From positions 28,426 through 92,425 of the forward strand of contig NW_021833271.1 in assembly GCF_006345805.1 (NCBI RefSeq): a stretch of 64,000 nucleotides of DNA. The letters are read 5' to 3'. This document shows positions 60,579-64,000 of the stretch, piece by piece. The stretch's first letter is position 1. Every line of letters starts with the position of its first letter. The DNA comes from Octopus sinensis. Taxonomy: Eukaryota. Both the position numbers and the translations under genes were made by a program. Under the pieces are notes generated by a model. That model had not been told where the DNA came from, ran no database searches, and worked only from the letters and a program-made list of their open reading frames with translations.

Positions 60579-62070
60579 TGGGTAGAAGTAAGGGTCCACC
60601 AAGGTTCAGCCCTCAGTCCCTTTTATTCATCATAGTCGTCCAAGCAATAACAGAGGAATTCAAGACGGGTTGCCCCTGGGAGTTCCTCTATACTGATGAC
60701 CTGGCCCTCATAGCAGAATCACTACCGGAACTAGAAAAGAAATTTTGGGTGTGGAAGTTGGGTTTAGAATCAAAAGGCCTTATAGTAAATGTAGCGAAGA
60801 ACAAAGTTATTTAAGTAGGAAGGTGAACTCATCACACACACCCTTAGGTAGGTGGCCCCGCTCAATCTGTAGAAAAGGTGTAGGTAGAAACTCCATAAGA
60901 TGTACCCAATGTAAGCTATGGACGCATAAGAGGTGTAGCAACATCAGAGGAAAACTGAGAAGATAGCTTTCATACGCAGCAGATACACAGGGGCAATAGA
61001 CACAATGGATACTCAGAAAACAGATTCCACCACACTCCAGGGGGAGAAACTAGAAGTAGTTGATCGTTTCCACTACCTAGGTGACCAAGTTAGTAGTGGA
61101 GGTGGATGCTCAGAGAGTGTCACCACTAGAATACGAATAGCCTGGGCAAAGTTTAGAAAGTTTCTCCCCCTACTGGTGACAAAGGGTCTCTCGCTCAGAG
61201 TGAAAGGTAGATTGTATGACACATGTGTGTGAACTGCCATGCTTCAAGGTAGTGAAATATGAACTGTGACAGCAGAGGACATGTGTAGGCTTGAAAGAAA
61301 TGAAGCTAGTATTATCCGCTGGATGTGTAATGTCAGTGTGCACAGACGACAGAGTGTAAGTGCTCTGAGAGAAATGCTGGACACAAGAAGCATCAGATGT
61401 GGCATGCAAGAAAGATGTTTGCGCTGGTATGGTCATGTACTATGGATGGATGAGGAGAGATGAGTGAAGAAGTGCCACTCCCAAACAGTTGAAGGAATCC
61501 TGGGTAGAGGTAGACCCAGGAAGACATGGGATTAGGTGGTCAAGCATGACCTTTGAACATTGGGCCTCACAGAGGCAATGACGAAATACTGAGAACTCTG
61601 GAGGTATGCTGTGACTGCGAAGACCTGACAGATAACGTGAGTTCATGGCTGTTTCCTGCACCAGCTTCACATAGCAGCCCCAACCCATCCAAAGTACCTT
61701 CGACCGCAGGACGGCCTGCTGTGCTTACCTTGGATTGTAGGGCGACCTGCTGTGCTTAAGGAGACCTATTGAGTCAAGTACATCAACATCAAAATAAAAA
61801 TCAAATGGAAATTGTAGTTGTGATACCTGTGCCTGTGGCACATAAAAAGCACCATCCGAACATGGCCGATGCCAGCGCCACCTTGACTGGGTTCTGTACC
61901 GGTGGCATGTAAAAAGAACCCACTACACTCACGGAGTGGTTGGCTTTAGGAAGGGCATCCAGCTGTAGAAACACTGCCAGATCAGACTGGAGCCTGGCGT
62001 AGCCTCCTGGCTTCCCAGACCCTGGTCGAACTGTCCAACCCCGTGCTAGCATCGTTAAATGATGATGATG
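60579..62070 (+). mobile_element. RTE LINE 3' half, decayed, with (GAT)n tail
   Basis: HQGSALSP, EFLYTDDL, GRWPRSICRKGVGRNSIRCTQCKLWTHKRCS, FHYLGDQVSSGGGC and CLRWYGHV. Confidence 0.92.
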
Positions 62071-62272
62071 TATGTATGTATGCGTTTGTTTCACATTAGT
62101 TGTTACAGTTGTACTTTATGAAGCCATTGATTTCTACACACAGGAATCAATATGGGTTGCTTATTTCAGTATTATATATACCTGTTATGTATTTGTGTAC
62201 ATCACCAATATATATGTGCATGTGGATGTATGTATTCATATATAAGTTTATATGTACATTAATGCATTCATA

Positions 62273-62303
<31 letters not shown>

Positions 62304-63559
62304 AATGGGGGTGTCTGTCTCTAAAACTCTAAGTTTGAGTAATGTTTTCATGCTTGGATTTGGAAACTACAATAAGAATAATCAATCCAATAGACTTTCT
62401 AAATTCAGCAGAGTTTATTTCTATTCACTTATCTTTATAGACCCAAGTTCCTTCAGCATTTGTCCATATTTGGATTTCCAGATTTGGCTTCATGAATAAT
62501 ATAAATGATGAAAGAGCTGAATCCTAAAATCTAGTTGCAAAAAGGGAAGGTCCAAGCTGTTCATGTAAACATTGTTGGGTGGAGTTCTTCTTGTGCCCTT
62601 TCAATAGTGTTCTTCCTGAGTCCTTTCAGTTTCAGACTTATCCTTCAAATAATGTTCTACATGCATCATCGAAGGATTTGAAGAATCATTTTGTTCTCAT
62701 CATATCCAATTCTGAACAGGCAATATTGGCATGATCACTTTCATTATCATCTTCAGGAAAAGAAGATTCATCACAAATAATTTTTTCCCATTCTTTATGG
62801 AAGCTGGATAACAATTGTGAAATCTCTTCAAGGCTTAGCTTTTGATTCTTTGATATTTCGTGGAAGGATTACAAAGGACAAATGAATAGTTGGCAGGCTG
62901 TCAATGTTTTATACTTGTTGAATTATGATGCAATACTAATTGTTTGTTTCATAAAAATGATGCACTAAATAGTAGTATTGCATCATCTTCAGATGTCTTA
63001 GTAAATGCTGTTAGAGATCTTTGCCACCAGTATGGGATGAGGTTGTGCAAACTGATCTCAAAATGCTGAGCCTTACAGAAGAGATGACAATGGATTGGGA
63101 GGGTTGGTGCCCTGCCATGCTCAAGAAGACCTGCCCATAGCAAGCAGAACACCTACCCAAAACCTGGTCACAGTATCTCAACGTGCTGTGTGCACTGAGG
63201 ATACAACTTTTTTGTAACCCCGTAGTCCTGTATCATATTCTGTCGAGTTTTTGCTAGAAGACTATGAAAATCAATGTTTTTTTTTTCTATTTGCTCAAAA
63301 AAGTTCACTCATGACTAACTTTGAAATTTTTATATTGGTTGCATTTGGGTGGGTTTCCAAAAACTAGAACCCTGATAGAATAATAAACAATAAAGGAAAA
63401 AAAGATCCATAACTGTTAAAAGAATTATATTCTACATTCCAGACCAATAAAGAGAAGGTAAGTCATATAAAGTCAAATTAGTCAATAGTCAAGTTGCGGC
63501 AAGTCTAATAGAGAGAATGAAACTCAATGGCAGGTTAGCTTTGTTCTTGCATGTGGTGT

Positions 63560-64000
63560 GTAGTTCTTGCATGACCTTAATTGCTCACTCACAGCATTAA
63601 TTGCTTCTGCTGATCTTTAGTTTTGAGGGCTCTTGTTTCCAGTGATTTGTCAAGCATATCAAAGAAGTCTTGTAGAGTAGTAAGGTTTGTGATAGCTCTG
63701 CATAATCTTCAGCTCTATACACTTGGTCACTGAACCAGTGGTCTGCCCAGTCATATGAGATGATCTAGCAGACCATCTGCAATCTCTCACATGTGACGTA
63801 AGTAAAAATATAAGAAGGGCTAGGATTGTTTGCAAATTCCATCTGGCATTACTGATGTTTGGAATTTTCTGAAACTTGATGAAAGGGATGTCTCTCTTTC
63901 CATGGAAGAACTTGAAGGCATGGGTTAAGTGAAACAGAAACTTCATATCTCTCCAACCAGCTTGATCTACTATGACGATTTCCATTCTGGAAGGAGCCTT
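63560..64000 (-). pseudogene. Frameshifted coding-like fragment, possibly an unclassified DNA transposase
   Basis: GWRD.MKFLFHLTHAFKFF...FIKFQKIPNISNARWN..TILALLIFLL looks protein-like and uninterrupted by introns. I cannot name the family from sequence alone. Confidence 0.3.

Overview
This is eukaryotic, AT-rich, repeat-dense genomic DNA. The SINE/RTE/Penelope repertoire and the (TA)n/(CAT)n microsatellites point to a coleoid cephalopod, probably Octopus (inference; no database search was run). One + strand host gene runs across almost the whole window, and the ORF track misses most of it. It is a type I membrane immunoglobulin-superfamily receptor whose 5' part lies upstream of the window. 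I read three one-domain, phase-1 Ig exons (3121-3368, 8443-8694, 16147-16455), a transmembrane exon (23293-23394) and a 19-nt microexon (36109-36127). The cytoplasmic tail is built from a tandemly duplicated two-exon cassette (56170-56229 + 56450-56491; 58617-58676 + 58911-58952). Each cassette copy encodes YLE(L/M)-x8-YVNV, an ITAM-like spacing with a Grb2-type YVNV. The first Ig exon has a 1-nt frameshift in an A-run, which is either a sequencing error or pseudogenisation. One intron appears to use a GC donor. The introns hold two mariners, a Tc1, many RTE LINE pieces (one with a PHD finger inside the RT), an internally deleted CR1/L2-group LINE, R4/Dong and BovB-like fragments, SINEs, foldback MITEs and a Helitron-like element. 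They also hold a 98-bp satellite derived from a retroposon tail, several local duplications, and a young Penelope element whose inverted terminal repeats each carry an intact-looking hammerhead ribozyme. I found no prokaryotic features and no CRISPR, rRNA or true tRNA genes.
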